From positions 82,106 to 146,105 of the forward strand of contig JBBRPR010000018.1 of assembly GCA_038227875.1 (NCBI GenBank): a DNA stretch of 64,000 bases, written 5' to 3'. This document shows, piece after piece, positions 28,386-38,817 of this stretch (the first letter of the stretch is position 1; the number at the start of each line of letters is the position of its first letter). A program made the position numbers and the translations under genes. This stretch comes from Planctomycetota bacterium. Lineage in GTDB: Bacteria > Planctomycetota > SZUA-567 > H5-PLA8. The notes beneath the pieces were generated by a model. It was not told the DNA's origin. It worked only from the letters and a program-made list of their open reading frames with translations, and made no database searches.

Positions 28386-31300
28386 ATGAGTTCCCACGGT
28401 AACCAGTTCGCGCACGGCGGCAAAATGGCTGCACGAATGGCTAAGATGAACTGGGAATCCACTCCCGTCGGTCCACCCGAATCCTGGCCCCAATCTCTGC
28501 AAGTCGCAGTGCGAATTATCCTCACGTCCCGTTACGCGATGTGGATGGCGTGGGGACCGGAACTCACGTTCTTCTGCAACGACGCCTATCTTCCCACGCT
28601 CGGCGTCAAAGAAGCATGGGCGCTGGGCGCAAGTGCGCGCAAGGTCTGGGAAGAAATCTGGCCGGACATCGGTCCCCGCATCGACCGCGTGCTCAACACC
28701 GGCGAGGCCACGTGGGACGAGGGCCTGCGTCTGTTCCTCGAACGCAGCGGATACACCGAGGAGACCTACCATACATTTTCGTATAGCCCCCTCTTCGATG
28801 ATTCCGGCGCTGCTCGTGGCATGCTCTGCGTCGTCACGGAAGAGACTGAACGCGTGATCGGCGAGCGCCGCCTCTCTGCGCTGCGCGACTTCGCTGCGGA
28901 GCTCTCCGGTTCCAAAACAGAATCCGAGGTTTATGCGGCGACCGCCCGCTGCCTGACCAAGGCGCAACGCGACTTTCCGTTTGCGCTGATTTATGCGGTG
29001 GAAGAAGACGCCGGCGTCGCTCGATTGGTTTCGAGCAGCGGTACGATTGGCACAGACGAGGTTGCTTCATTCGCACCTGAAACGATCGCGTTGGAAGAAC
29101 TCAATGCAGCCTGGCCGCTGAAACGCATCTACGAAACCGGGCAACCGATTGAAATGGATGATCTGCCGTCACGCTTTCCAAATCTGCCCCAAGGTCCCTG
29201 GCCCAAATCGCCACAACGCGCCATCATTCTGCCGCTTGCGCATGCCGGGCACTCGCGACCGGCAGGAATGTTCGTCGCCGGGATGAATCCATTTCGCCAA
29301 TACGATGAAGGGTACCGCAGCTTCGCGGAACTGTTTGTCGGCCAGCTCAACGCCGGCGTCAATAATGCGCAAGCCTACGACGCGGAACGCCGTAGAGCCG
29401 AGGCGCTGGCGGAAATCGACCGGGCCAAGACCACCTTTTTCAGCAACATCAGTCACGAATTTCGCACGCCGCTCACCTTGATGCTCGGGCCGCTCGCGGA
29501 CATCATCGGCCAGCGGGACGACTCCGTGTCCGATAAGGTCTGCGAAGAACTGAGTGTCGTCCATCGCAACGGACTGCGCCTTTTGAAGCTGGTCAATACG
29601 CTGCTGGATTTTGCTCGAATCGAAGCAGGGAGAGTCCGTGCGGCGTTTGTCGAAACGAATCTATCCAGCTATACGGCAGATCTGGCCAGCGTCTTTCGCT
29701 CGGCTGTTGAAAAAGCCGGACTAACCTATTCGATAGATATGCCGTCGAATGTGAATGCATGCATTGATCGTGATATGTGGGAAAAGATTGTACTTAATTT
29801 AATTTCCAACGCGTTTAAATTTACATTAAATGGAGGGATCACTGTCAAATTGCGCGCCGGCGGCGGTCAGATCCAATTAACCGTGACGGACACCGGATGC
29901 GGCATTCCTCCTCAGGAATTACCCCGCTTATTTGAACGCTTTTACCGCATTGAAGGAGCCAAAGGCCGCACTCACGAAGGCTCGGGGATCGGATTGGCGT
30001 TCGTGCACGAACTGGTCAAAATTCACGGTGGACATGTCAGCGTTAAAAGTGAATTGGGAAAGGGTTCAACTTTTGCCGTGACCATCCCGGAAGGCAACGC
30101 TCACTTACCGTCTGATAAAATTGTTGAGACCAGTGCGCCGGAGCCGGCTGGTGTCCATTCCAATGCATTCCTGGAAGAGGCGATGCGCTGGTTGCCCGAG
30201 GAATCCAATTCGGAGCGCTCATCGGACGTGACGGATGTTCAGGTGGATACCCGCGTTCCCGCGCCGCCTAACGTCGAAGGGGCGACAAAATTGACGGTGC
30301 TGATTGCGGATGACAACGCCGACATGCGGGGATATCTCCGGCGACTGTTGTCGGAATGCTTCAACGTCATTGCCGTCTCCGATGGCCAGGAAGCACTCGC
30401 CGCGTGCCGCGAAAGTGTGCCGTGCGCCATCGTTTCCGATGTCATGATGCCGAATCTCGACGGCTTTGGATTGATGCGTGCGGTCCGCGCGGATCCTTCG
30501 CTCGCCGGCGTGCCGTTCATTCTGGTTTCTGCAAAAGCCGGCGAAGAAGCGCGACTCGAAGGGATTCGATCGGGCGCCGACGATTATATTGTAAAGCCAT
30601 TTAGTGCGCGGGAATTTGTCGTCCGCGTCGAAGCACAAATTCAACGCAAACAGTTTGAACGCCAATTGGCATTTACGGAAGAACGGCTCCAGTCTGCATT
30701 GGCGGCGGCCAGAATGGCGGCGTGGGAATGGGATCCCCAGGAGGACCAGGTCAAGGTTTCCGCCACGGCCACCCAGGTGTTTGGGCTCAAGTCCGAACAA
30801 ACGCTTGATAACAGTCGTATTGGTCTAAGCCTGATACACCCCGGCGATCGCGAGAGCCACCGCGCCAAATTATACAATTCAGTGAACAGCGGCGAAGGAT
30901 TCGAAACCATCTATCGCATTATTCGGCCGATCGATGGACAGACGGCCTGGCTGGAAGAACGAAGCCGCATCATTAAAGACCCGTCGACGGGAAAAATTCG
31001 TCTGATCGGTCTGGTCATGGACATCACGGCTCGAATCGTGGCCGAGGCCGCGCTCAAGCAGAGCGAAGAGCGTTTAAAATTCGCCATCGAATCCGGAGAC
31101 CTTGGAACTTTCTATTGTCCGGTTCCGCTGAAAACCATCTTAGGTAACGACAAATTTAAAGAGCTTAATTGGCTGCCGCGCGATGCGGATGTCGATTTTG
31201 AAAGATTCTTTTCCATTCTACACCAAGACGATCGCGAGCGTTTACGCAACGCCGTGGAGCAATCTGTTTTTTATCGACAGCCGTTTGACATCGAATACCG

Positions 31301-33050
31301 CACGGTCGCGCCAGATGGGCGCGAACGGTGGATCAGGGCCAAGGGACGCGCCTATTACGGCGCGCAGGGAACACCCAATCGCTTTGATGGCATTACACTG
31401 GATGTCACCGATCTCAAGAACACCGAGAAACGGCGCGAGGAAGCCCTGGAGGCCGAGCGCGCCGCACGCCAGCAGGCAGAGCACGTCAGTCGAATCAAAG
31501 ACGAGTTCCTCGCCACCTTGAGCCACGAATTGCGCACGCCGCTCAACGCCATTGTGGGCTGGTCCAGCATTCTGAAAAAAAATAACTCCAATCCGAAGGA
31601 TATTAAATCCGGCATTGACGTCATTGAACGCAATGCGCGCGCTCAATCACAGATGATCGAAGATCTGCTCGATATGAGCCGAATTATTTCCGGAAAAATT
31701 CGCCTCGACGTCCAGCACGTGCTCATCGCCGATATTGTTGCTTCAGCCATTAAAGCCGTGCAACCCTCGGCGGAGATGAAGGGCATTCGGCTCATTACAA
31801 TTCTGGATTCCCACGCTGGACCTGTCGCGGGCGACACCAATCGCCTGCAGCAGATCGTCTGGAATCTGCTGACCAACGCCATCAAGTTTACTTCACGGGG
31901 CGGCAAGGTTCAGGTTGTGCTTGAGCGCGTGAACTCGCATTTGGAATTGAGCGTTTCGGATACCGGCGAAGGCATCTCGCCGGAATTTTTACCTTTTGTA
32001 TTCGAGCGCTTCCGGCAGGCCGACGCATCGACGACGCGAAAGCACGGCGGCTTGGGATTGGGTTTAAGTATCGTGAAACAATTGATTGAATTGCATGGCG
32101 GGTCAATTCGTGCAAAAAGTCCGGGCCTTGGTCAAGGCAGTACATTCATATTAAATCTGCCCCTGGCCGTCGCTCATCTGGGTGGTCCGGCAGGTTCGAG
32201 TCGAGAACACCCGCGCGCCAGCGGCAATGCGCAATTTCCAGATCCACCGACGCTGAATGGCGTTCGGATTCTTGTCGTCGATGACGACGTCGATGGCCGT
32301 CAACTCCTGAAGCGAATCCTGGAAGATGGTGGCGCTTCCGTTGTGACTGCCAGTTCTGTCCGGGAGGCCTTGAGCGTGCTGGACGAAATGCAATTTAACG
32401 TCCTGGTGAGCGACATCGGGATGCCGGAAGAGGACGGGTATGATTTAATTCGCAAAGTTCGTTCCCGATCGAGTGATCAGAACGGCACCGTTCCTGCCAT
32501 TGCCTTGACGGCTTTCGCCCGTTCCGAAGACCGACAGCGCGCAATTCGATCGGGTTTCCAGATTCACGTCGCGAAGCCTGTTGAACCGTCGGAAATTGTT
32601 ACGGTCTGTGCGAGCCTGGCTGGTAGAAAATTTGAAGAATCTGGATGTGGAAGCAATACGACTACGAATTCGAATGCCTGCAAATTCCTGGTTGTGGACG
32701 ACCATCAGGATGCCGCTGAAACACTGGCCATGATGCTTCGTTTGGAAGGGCAACATACTGATGTGGCGTTCAGCGCAATGGACGCGCTGAAGCGGTTAAA
32801 CGAGGTCACTCCGGCTGCCATTCTGATTGACCTGAGTATGCCCGACATGGACGGATACGAACTCGCGAGAAAGATCCGGCAGTTGCCAAACGCGAGCGGC
32901 TCCATCCTTGTTGCCTTGACCGGTTGGGACGAAAGCGAAACTCGCCAGCGCACGGCTCAAGCCGGATTCGACTACCATTTTGTTAAGCCCATCGAAGAAA
33001 GCTCGTTCAAGGAACTATTGAACGCTGTACGGCATTCCGATGTGAACTAA
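28386..33050 (+). CDS. Hybrid sensor histidine kinase: PAS-like-GAF-HisKA-HATPase-REC-PAS-PAS-HisKA-HATPase-REC-REC
   Basis: Two H-boxes (SHEFRTPL, SHELRTPL), two N/G box sets, three REC Asp motifs (SDVMMP, SDIGMP, IDLSMP). Confidence 0.95.
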   Translation: MSSHGNQFAHGGKMAARMAKMNWESTPVGPPESWPQSLQVAVRIILTSRYAMWMAWGPELTFFCNDAYLPTLGVKEAWALGASARKVWEEIWPDIGPRIDRVLNTGEATWDEGLRLFLERSGYTEETYHTFSYSPLFDDSGAARGMLCVVTEETERVIGERRLSALRDFAAELSGSKTESEVYAATARCLTKAQRDFPFALIYAVEEDAGVARLVSSSGTIGTDEVASFAPETIALEELNAAWPLKRIYETGQPIEMDDLPSRFPNLPQGPWPKSPQRAIILPLAHAGHSRPAGMFVAGMNPFRQYDEGYRSFAELFVGQLNAGVNNAQAYDAERRRAEALAEIDRAKTTFFSNISHEFRTPLTLMLGPLADIIGQRDDSVSDKVCEELSVVHRNGLRLLKLVNTLLDFARIEAGRVRAAFVETNLSSYTADLASVFRSAVEKAGLTYSIDMPSNVNACIDRDMWEKIVLNLISNAFKFTLNGGITVKLRAGGGQIQLTVTDTGCGIPPQELPRLFERFYRIEGAKGRTHEGSGIGLAFVHELVKIHGGHVSVKSELGKGSTFAVTIPEGNAHLPSDKIVETSAPEPAGVHSNAFLEEAMRWLPEESNSERSSDVTDVQVDTRVPAPPNVEGATKLTVLIADDNADMRGYLRRLLSECFNVIAVSDGQEALAACRESVPCAIVSDVMMPNLDGFGLMRAVRADPSLAGVPFILVSAKAGEEARLEGIRSGADDYIVKPFSAREFVVRVEAQIQRKQFERQLAFTEERLQSALAAARMAAWEWDPQEDQVKVSATATQVFGLKSEQTLDNSRIGLSLIHPGDRESHRAKLYNSVNSGEGFETIYRIIRPIDGQTAWLEERSRIIKDPSTGKIRLIGLVMDITARIVAEAALKQSEERLKFAIESGDLGTFYCPVPLKTILGNDKFKELNWLPRDADVDFERFFSILHQDDRERLRNAVEQSVFYRQPFDIEYRTVAPDGRERWIRAKGRAYYGAQGTPNRFDGITLDVTDLKNTEKRREEALEAERAARQQAEHVSRIKDEFLATLSHELRTPLNAIVGWSSILKKNNSNPKDIKSGIDVIERNARAQSQMIEDLLDMSRIISGKIRLDVQHVLIADIVASAIKAVQPSAEMKGIRLITILDSHAGPVAGDTNRLQQIVWNLLTNAIKFTSRGGKVQVVLERVNSHLELSVSDTGEGISPEFLPFVFERFRQADASTTRKHGGLGLGLSIVKQLIELHGGSIRAKSPGLGQGSTFILNLPLAVAHLGGPAGSSREHPRASGNAQFPDPPTLNGVRILVVDDDVDGRQLLKRILEDGGASVVTASSVREALSVLDEMQFNVLVSDIGMPEEDGYDLIRKVRSRSSDQNGTVPAIALTAFARSEDRQRAIRSGFQIHVAKPVEPSEIVTVCASLAGRKFEESGCGSNTTTNSNACKFLVVDDHQDAAETLAMMLRLEGQHTDVAFSAMDALKRLNEVTPAAILIDLSMPDMDGYELARKIRQLPNASGSILVALTGWDESETRQRTAQAGFDYHFVKPIEESSFKELLNAVRHSDVN

Positions 33051-33216
33051 ACGCCCACATCTATTCTTCGCGCGCGCCACTCTTTTCCAACCGGCACGTG
33101 CGAATTAGATGCATTTGCCCACCACTTCTGCCCGGCCTGCGCCATTTGTTTCTCAACATTTTTTTGAGAGTTCGAATCGCAGGCAAGTGCGGCTTTTCAT
33201 CCGGCGGGACCAATAA

Positions 33217-33246
33217 AAACTCGCCGCATTCCGCGGCGAGCTTTTT
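33217..33246. terminator. Hairpin terminator, repeat family C copy 2
   Basis: AAACTCGCCGC-attcc-GCGGCGAGCTTTTT. Confidence 0.75.
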
Positions 33247-33269
33247 CGCACGTGATCAGCACGTCTGAG

Positions 33270-33770
33270 TTACTTCTTGATGCTGCGATACACGGCGTCG
33301 ATCACCTTCTGATTGTCAGCAAGCTTGCCAAACGCAACGACAACCAGCGGCGCCTTCGCACCGGTCACCAGCGTCAGATCCCAGTCGACAGATTCGCCGG
33401 CCTTCTCTCCTTTGGGAATCCACTTGTCGCCTTCCAGCAGCGCGCCGGTGCCTTCGAGATAGTCCTGCGTCAGCGTGTTCACCTTTTCCGTCTTGGGGCC
33501 TTTGGTGACTTTGGGATTCTTGATCAGGTGCTCCATTTCCGTGGCAATGTGCGTGATGAAATCTTTGGCCGTTCCGTCCGTCGCCGCATAGATAATCAGC
33601 ACGACGTCGTCGTTGGGATTGCTCGCGATCAGCAGGTCGCCATCGACATGGTGCTCCCAACCCGCGGGCACATCCAATTTCAGGCCAGCCTGCGGATGCT
33701 CGAGCGTTTCCGCCCGAACCCCAGCGCTCAGCAACACGGCGAACAAACAGCAAACCAGAACGTTCTTCAT
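33270..33770 (-). CDS. Hypothetical exported protein
   Basis: Signal peptide (VRA-E); HPQAGLKLDVPAGWE resembles PsbP/DcrB-like starts; genome-typical codon use. Confidence 0.7.
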   Translation of the reverse strand: MKNVLVCCLFAVLLSAGVRAETLEHPQAGLKLDVPAGWEHHVDGDLLIASNPNDDVVLIIYAATDGTAKDFITHIATEMEHLIKNPKVTKGPKTEKVNTLTQDYLEGTGALLEGDKWIPKGEKAGESVDWDLTLVTGAKAPLVVVAFGKLADNQKVIDAVYRSIKK

Positions 33771-33913
33771 CACAGCCTTTCTCCCTTGAGAAGGGACTCG
33801 AAAAATAACACTGGGTGAAAATGAAGCGGCAATAGTAAGTCAAACCGGGCCATTGCAAATGAATTCCGGATAAATAATGCCACCGATGTCAACCTCACTC
33901 ATTGGCGTGTACT

Positions 33914-34669
33914 TCATTTGCACACGACCGAAAATCCTCCGTCGACGCGCAGGGTTATTCCTGAAATGTAGTCGGCTTGGCGCGACGCAAGAAACAACAC
34001 CGCCTCGCCAATGTCCTCAGGTTGCCCGATGCGACCCACAGGTACACGTGCCTTTATCTCTTGGGCTGGCCCCGGTTGACTCCAGTGATGCTCCGTCATG
34101 GGCGTAAGCATTATGCCCGGAGCCACGGCGTTGCACGTGATCCCATGCGGCCCGAGTGCCGCTGCGAATCCGACCATGAGCATGCGCATACCGGCCTTCG
34201 ATGCACCGTAATCGACCTGGTTCGGCGAGGTCAGGTTTTCCGCCAACGACGTAATGAAAATAATCCGTCCGCCGCGTTGAGTAGCAATCATTTCTCGAGC
34301 CACCAGTTGTGTGCAGTGAAACGCGCCGTTTAGATTCACGTCAATCGTTCGAGCCCAGGCTTCAGGCGTCAGCGACATCACATCTATAAATGGGCAGATG
34401 CCCGCGTTATTGACCAGGACGTCAATTCGGCCGTAGGTAGCGAGCGTGCGCTGGATCATGGCATCGACGTCGCTGCGCTGGGTAACATCGCAACTCATAC
34501 CGATTGAATTTACCGCGCCGGCGGCATTCAACTTTGCTGCTGCGTCCTGAGCAATGCCTTGATCGACATCGGCGACGACGATCGACGCGCCGGATCTGGC
34601 AAAGCAGCTCCCGATTCCAAATCCAATTCCGCGCGCGCCGCCTGTCACAATCACGATGGGGTTCGACAT
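33914..34669 (-). CDS. SDR family NAD(P)-dependent oxidoreductase
   Basis: TGGARGIG, VNNAG, YGASK, NAVAPG, VDGG. Confidence 0.95.
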   Translation of the reverse strand: MSNPIVIVTGGARGIGFGIGSCFARSGASIVVADVDQGIAQDAAAKLNAAGAVNSIGMSCDVTQRSDVDAMIQRTLATYGRIDVLVNNAGICPFIDVMSLTPEAWARTIDVNLNGAFHCTQLVAREMIATQRGGRIIFITSLAENLTSPNQVDYGASKAGMRMLMVGFAAALGPHGITCNAVAPGIMLTPMTEHHWSQPGPAQEIKARVPVGRIGQPEDIGEAVLFLASRQADYISGITLRVDGGFSVVCK

Positions 34670-34782
34670 GAATCACCTCCTTGATGATGGTGCTATATAC
34701 CGTGCCTCTATGACCTGTTTATGATCAATCTGCTTAGGTGATTATGGATTTTTATGACCTTTCGGATAGTACTTGTCATTTC

Positions 34783-35610
34783 ATGGCGCTCATTCCACTT
34801 GAACAACTTCCAGTCACGTTGCTCCCAGCCCAACTGTGGGGCTCGCGCGCCGAACAGTCCCGTTCCGCTGAGTTGTCGTTGCTCTACGTCGAGCGATACC
34901 AGGGCAGACTTGACTCTCTCTCACTGGGCTCACACGAGTTCTGGGAGTTCCTCTGTGTGATGGATGGACGGGGTTTTCTGCGAAGTAATTCAGGCAGGCG
35001 TGCGTTTGAGTCGGGCAGTGCGTTTCTGATTCCGCCGCACGTGGATCATGCCGAAGAAGCCCGCAGAAAAGTTGACGTGCTCTGGGTGGGACTTTCCGGT
35101 ACGCGGCTGGCCGAATTGCGTGAAGATCGCATTGTTTCTGCATGCGCCAACGAACTACGGCCGCCCAGCGAACGACTCTGGACACGATCGCAATTCGGGT
35201 CTGGCCGCATCGGGCCCGAGTTGGAAGGACTCACGCTGGCGCTGCTCAATCAATTTTTCTGCATGGCCGAACAAAAGCCGCCCGAGCATGCTCATGTTGT
35301 GGATCGGATCGTTGAGCATATGAACACGCGCTATGCCGGCGATTGCTCCATCGCAACGCTGGCCGCGCGTTTCAACTTGAGCCAGGGCTACCTCTACCGC
35401 AGTTTTAAAATGCGAACCGGCATGACTCCCGTGGTTTATTTGACTCGGGTGCGCATGAAGCGCGCCGCGAAATGGCTGCAGTATACAAACGATCCAATTC
35501 GCCAAATCGCCTTGCGCTTGGGATATTCAGATCCGCTGTATTTCAGCCGGGCGTTCAAGCGCGTGACCGGTCGAAGTCCGTCGGAAGTGCGTGAGACTCG
35601 TTCCTATTGA
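34783..35610 (+). CDS. AraC-family transcriptional regulator, divergent from the SDR gene
   Basis: SHEFWEF cupin; LGYSDPLYFSRAFKRVTGRSPSEVR; start uncertain. Confidence 0.92.
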   Translation: MALIPLEQLPVTLLPAQLWGSRAEQSRSAELSLLYVERYQGRLDSLSLGSHEFWEFLCVMDGRGFLRSNSGRRAFESGSAFLIPPHVDHAEEARRKVDVLWVGLSGTRLAELREDRIVSACANELRPPSERLWTRSQFGSGRIGPELEGLTLALLNQFFCMAEQKPPEHAHVVDRIVEHMNTRYAGDCSIATLAARFNLSQGYLYRSFKMRTGMTPVVYLTRVRMKRAAKWLQYTNDPIRQIALRLGYSDPLYFSRAFKRVTGRSPSEVRETRSY

Positions 35611-35617
35611 TTCGCCG

Positions 35618-36577
35618 CTACAGATCCGCGCTCAAGACCGGATGTTTCGGCTTCTTTCCCGCGAGCACGCCCAGCACATCGTCGACCACTTCCGCGTAGC
35701 CGAGATTCGCTTCCAGCGTCTGCGCGGCTGAGTGGGGCGAGAAAATCGCTTTCTCGCACTTCAACAACGGATGATCCGCCGGCGGGATCTCTGGGTCGAA
35801 GACATCGATGCCCGCGCCGCCAAGTTTCCCAGCGTTCAGTGCTGACGCGACTGCAACGGTGTCGACGATCGCGCCGCGAGCGCAGTTGATCAACACTGCG
35901 TGCGGCTGCATCCATCCCAGCTGCTTCGCACCGATCAGGCCACGGGTGGTTTTATTGAGCGGCGTGTGAATCGTCACGACATCGCTTTTCTGCAGGAGCG
36001 ACTTTAACGGCACGCGCTTCGCCCCAAGTCGCCGCTCGAGTTTGGGAAAGGCAACGATGTCGGCGTAGAGTACCTTCAGCCCAAAGCCGCGAACCGCGAT
36101 TTCCGCGACGCTCGACCCGATCCGGCCCAACCCCACGACGCCCAGCGTCTTCCCGGCCAGTTGAAACGATTTCAACCGCTCGCGGATATCGTAATCGCCC
36201 GCGCGAACGGCGCGGTCGGCAAGCAGGGAGTTCTTGGTCAGCGCGAGGATCATCCCCCACGTGTGTTCGGTCACCGCAATGCGGCTGCCGCTGGGAGTGT
36301 TCACGACGGTGATGCCCAGTTTGTTTGCCGCAGCAACATCGATGTGATCAACGCCGATGCCATGCCGCCCGACGACTTTCAAATTCGGCGACGCGCGCAG
36401 GATCTTTTCCGTCACGCAGCCCTTGGTGCGAATGATGATCGCGTCGACCTTCTCCGCCGCAACCACGCGCGCCAGCGAATCTTCGTCAAACCCGTCCGGC
36501 CGGACCACGCGCGCCTTGCTCTCCAGCTTCTTCAAATACGTCGGATGAATCTTCTCAACCAGCAGCACCGTATACAT
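35618..36577 (-). CDS. D-2-hydroxyacid dehydrogenase (SerA-like, no ACT domain)
   Basis: GRHGIGVDHID, GVVGLGRIG, INCARG, DVFDPE, SPHSA. Confidence 0.93.
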   Translation of the reverse strand: MYTVLLVEKIHPTYLKKLESKARVVRPDGFDEDSLARVVAAEKVDAIIIRTKGCVTEKILRASPNLKVVGRHGIGVDHIDVAAANKLGITVVNTPSGSRIAVTEHTWGMILALTKNSLLADRAVRAGDYDIRERLKSFQLAGKTLGVVGLGRIGSSVAEIAVRGFGLKVLYADIVAFPKLERRLGAKRVPLKSLLQKSDVVTIHTPLNKTTRGLIGAKQLGWMQPHAVLINCARGAIVDTVAVASALNAGKLGGAGIDVFDPEIPPADHPLLKCEKAIFSPHSAAQTLEANLGYAEVVDDVLGVLAGKKPKHPVLSADL

Positions 36578-36622
36578 CAAAGACCACCCATCCGCATGCG
36601 ACAATGGAAAATGGAAAATGAC

Positions 36623-37573
36623 CTATGGATTCACCACATTCAGCGGTGTCCCGCGCACAAACGCTTCAATGTTCTCCACGCACACCTTCATCAGCCGCTG
36701 CCGCGCCGCGCGCGTGGCCCAGGCAATGTGCGGCGTGACAATGCAGTTCTTCGCGCCGAAAAGCGGGTTGCCGGCCGTAGGCGGTTCCACTGCGACTACA
36801 TCCAGCCCCGCGCCGGCGATCACGCCGCGTTCCAGCGCGTCGGCCAGCGCCGCTTCGTCAATCAGCGGGCCGCGGCTGGTGTTCAGCAAGTAGGCGCTCT
36901 TCTTCATCTGAGTCAGGCGTGGCGCGTTGACGATCGCCTGCGTCTCGGGCGTGAGTGGACAGTGCAGACTCAAGACATCGCTGTCCTTGAAGACCGTGTC
37001 GAGATCGACGTGGCGCACGCTTAAGTCCGCCGGCTTGGTGCGGGTATGGACGATCACGTTCATGCCCAGCGCCTGGCCGATCTTCGCGACGGCCTGAGCG
37101 ATGCGGCCGTAGCCGAGCAGACCCAGCGTCAGGCCGGCCAGTTCGACCTGCGGAGAAACCCAGTAACAAAAATCCGGTGAGGCCGTCCATTTACCGTTGC
37201 GGACGGAACTCGCGTGCGCGCCGACCGCGTTGGTCAGCTCCAGCAGCAGCGCGAACGTCGCCTGCGCAACGGAATGCGTACCGTACGCGGGCACATTGGT
37301 GACGACGATCTTGCGCTGCTTGGCAGCGGCAATGTCGACGCAGTTGTAACCGGTGGCGAGCACGCCGATGTAGCGCAGCTTCGGGAGCTGCTCAATGGCC
37401 GCGGCGCCGACCAGCGTCTTGTTGGTCAACGCGAACTCAGCGTCCTTCAGGCGTTCGACCACCTCCTCCTTCGGCGTGCGATCGTAAAGGCGGCAGCTAC
37501 CGAGCTTGTGCAGCGTATCCCACGACAGGTCGCCGGGGTTAAGGGTGAAGCTGTCGAGTACCACAATGTTCAT
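36623..37573 (-). CDS. D-2-hydroxyacid dehydrogenase (glycerate dehydrogenase/hydroxypyruvate reductase-like)
   Basis: IVVLDSFTLNPGDL, LATGYN, HCPLT, NTSRG, TPHIAW. Confidence 0.93.
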   Translation of the reverse strand: MNIVVLDSFTLNPGDLSWDTLHKLGSCRLYDRTPKEEVVERLKDAEFALTNKTLVGAAAIEQLPKLRYIGVLATGYNCVDIAAAKQRKIVVTNVPAYGTHSVAQATFALLLELTNAVGAHASSVRNGKWTASPDFCYWVSPQVELAGLTLGLLGYGRIAQAVAKIGQALGMNVIVHTRTKPADLSVRHVDLDTVFKDSDVLSLHCPLTPETQAIVNAPRLTQMKKSAYLLNTSRGPLIDEAALADALERGVIAGAGLDVVAVEPPTAGNPLFGAKNCIVTPHIAWATRAARQRLMKVCVENIEAFVRGTPLNVVNP

Positions 37574-37802
37574 GAGCGGCAATGCTCCCTATATATGGAG
37601 GCCCAACCATACCTGTACATCAGACATCGTGCAACCCGCAGGGCATTTTTGCCGAGTGACTCGAAACCGGTGAAGATTTCGGCAATTTCGCAGGATTCGC
37701 GTCACATATACAAGCAGAGACAAGTCCTTTGCAGTAAGCTTTTTGGCGCTCTTTCATGTTTTCCCGATTTACCCGTTACCTGTAGTCCATTTGGAGGCAT
37801 TC

Positions 37803-38738
37803 ATGCGCAGGCTGTTGGGATGTACCGCAATGGTTGTGGCTACGATGGCGCTATCGCTATCGGCCAGTGAGGTGTGGACGGACGACTTCGCCGCGGCCAA
37901 GACTCAAGCCGCCAAAGAAAAGAAAGACATGCTGCTGGATTTCACCGGCTCCGATTGGTGCATCTGGTGTCAGCGTCTGCATCAGGAAGTGCTGAACATC
38001 GATACCTTTCAAAGCGCCGCGCAGAAGAACTTCGTGCTGGTCGAACTGGATTTCCCGCGCGAAAAGCAACTCCCTGCCCCGACGCGCAAGCAGAATGAAG
38101 ACCTGCGCAAGCAGTTCGCCATTGAAGGCTACCCCAGTATCTACCTGACCGACGAAAAGGGCCGCCCGTACGCCAAGACCGGTTACGCCGCCGGCGGACC
38201 GGAGAAGTATCTGGAATCGCTGGAAAAGCTGCGCGCCCAGAAAGGTCCGCGCGACGAAGCGCTGAACAAAGCCGATAAGGCCACCGGCGTTGAACGCGCC
38301 AAGTTGCTCGATCAGGCACTGACCCTGCTAGCAGCCAATGGCATCAACAACGGCTACGCCGACCTGGCGACGGAAATTCAGACTCTCGACAAGGACAACA
38401 CCGCCGGATTGAAGAAGAAGTACGAAGTGCGCGCGAAGTTCCAGGCTCTGATGGGCGGACTGAACGAAGGCCCTCCGGACATGGCCGCGCTGATGACCAA
38501 GGTCGAAGACCTGCTGAAGGAATCGGGCAGTGGTCTGAGCGCCGAGAACAAGCAGGACCTGCTCTTCCTGAAGGCCAACATCCTGGCGAGCAAGAAAGAC
38601 ATGCCCGCCGCGATCGCTGCGCTGAACCAGTCCAAAGCCGCCGCGCCGGAAAGCGAACGCGCCCAGATGATCGAAAAGATTCTGGCCAACATCGCCAAGC
38701 AGGCCGCGGGTGCGGGAGCGCAACCTGGCGTGAAGTAA
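37803..38738 (+). CDS. Exported thioredoxin-family protein (DsbH-like) with helical C-terminal domain
   Basis: Signal peptide; DFTGSDWCIWC; GYPS cis-Pro loop; SD ggagg. Confidence 0.9.
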   Translation: MRRLLGCTAMVVATMALSLSASEVWTDDFAAAKTQAAKEKKDMLLDFTGSDWCIWCQRLHQEVLNIDTFQSAAQKNFVLVELDFPREKQLPAPTRKQNEDLRKQFAIEGYPSIYLTDEKGRPYAKTGYAAGGPEKYLESLEKLRAQKGPRDEALNKADKATGVERAKLLDQALTLLAANGINNGYADLATEIQTLDKDNTAGLKKKYEVRAKFQALMGGLNEGPPDMAALMTKVEDLLKESGSGLSAENKQDLLFLKANILASKKDMPAAIAALNQSKAAAPESERAQMIEKILANIAKQAAGAGAQPGVK

Positions 38739-38777
38739 TCGAGACGTGCGAATTTAAAATTCAAAATGAAACATTCA

Positions 38778-38817
38778 AAAACGCACGCGGATGGCTGAGA
38801 CCATCCGCGTGCGTTTT
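38778..38817. terminator. Bidirectional terminator
   Basis: AAAACGCACGCGGATGG-ctgaga-CCATCCGCGTGCGTTTT, perfect 17-bp stem. Confidence 0.85.

Noticed and set aside
28000..35610. Genomic island or prophage suggested by lower GC
   Set aside because: No integrase, transposase, tRNA or flanking direct repeat seen; composition alone is insufficient.
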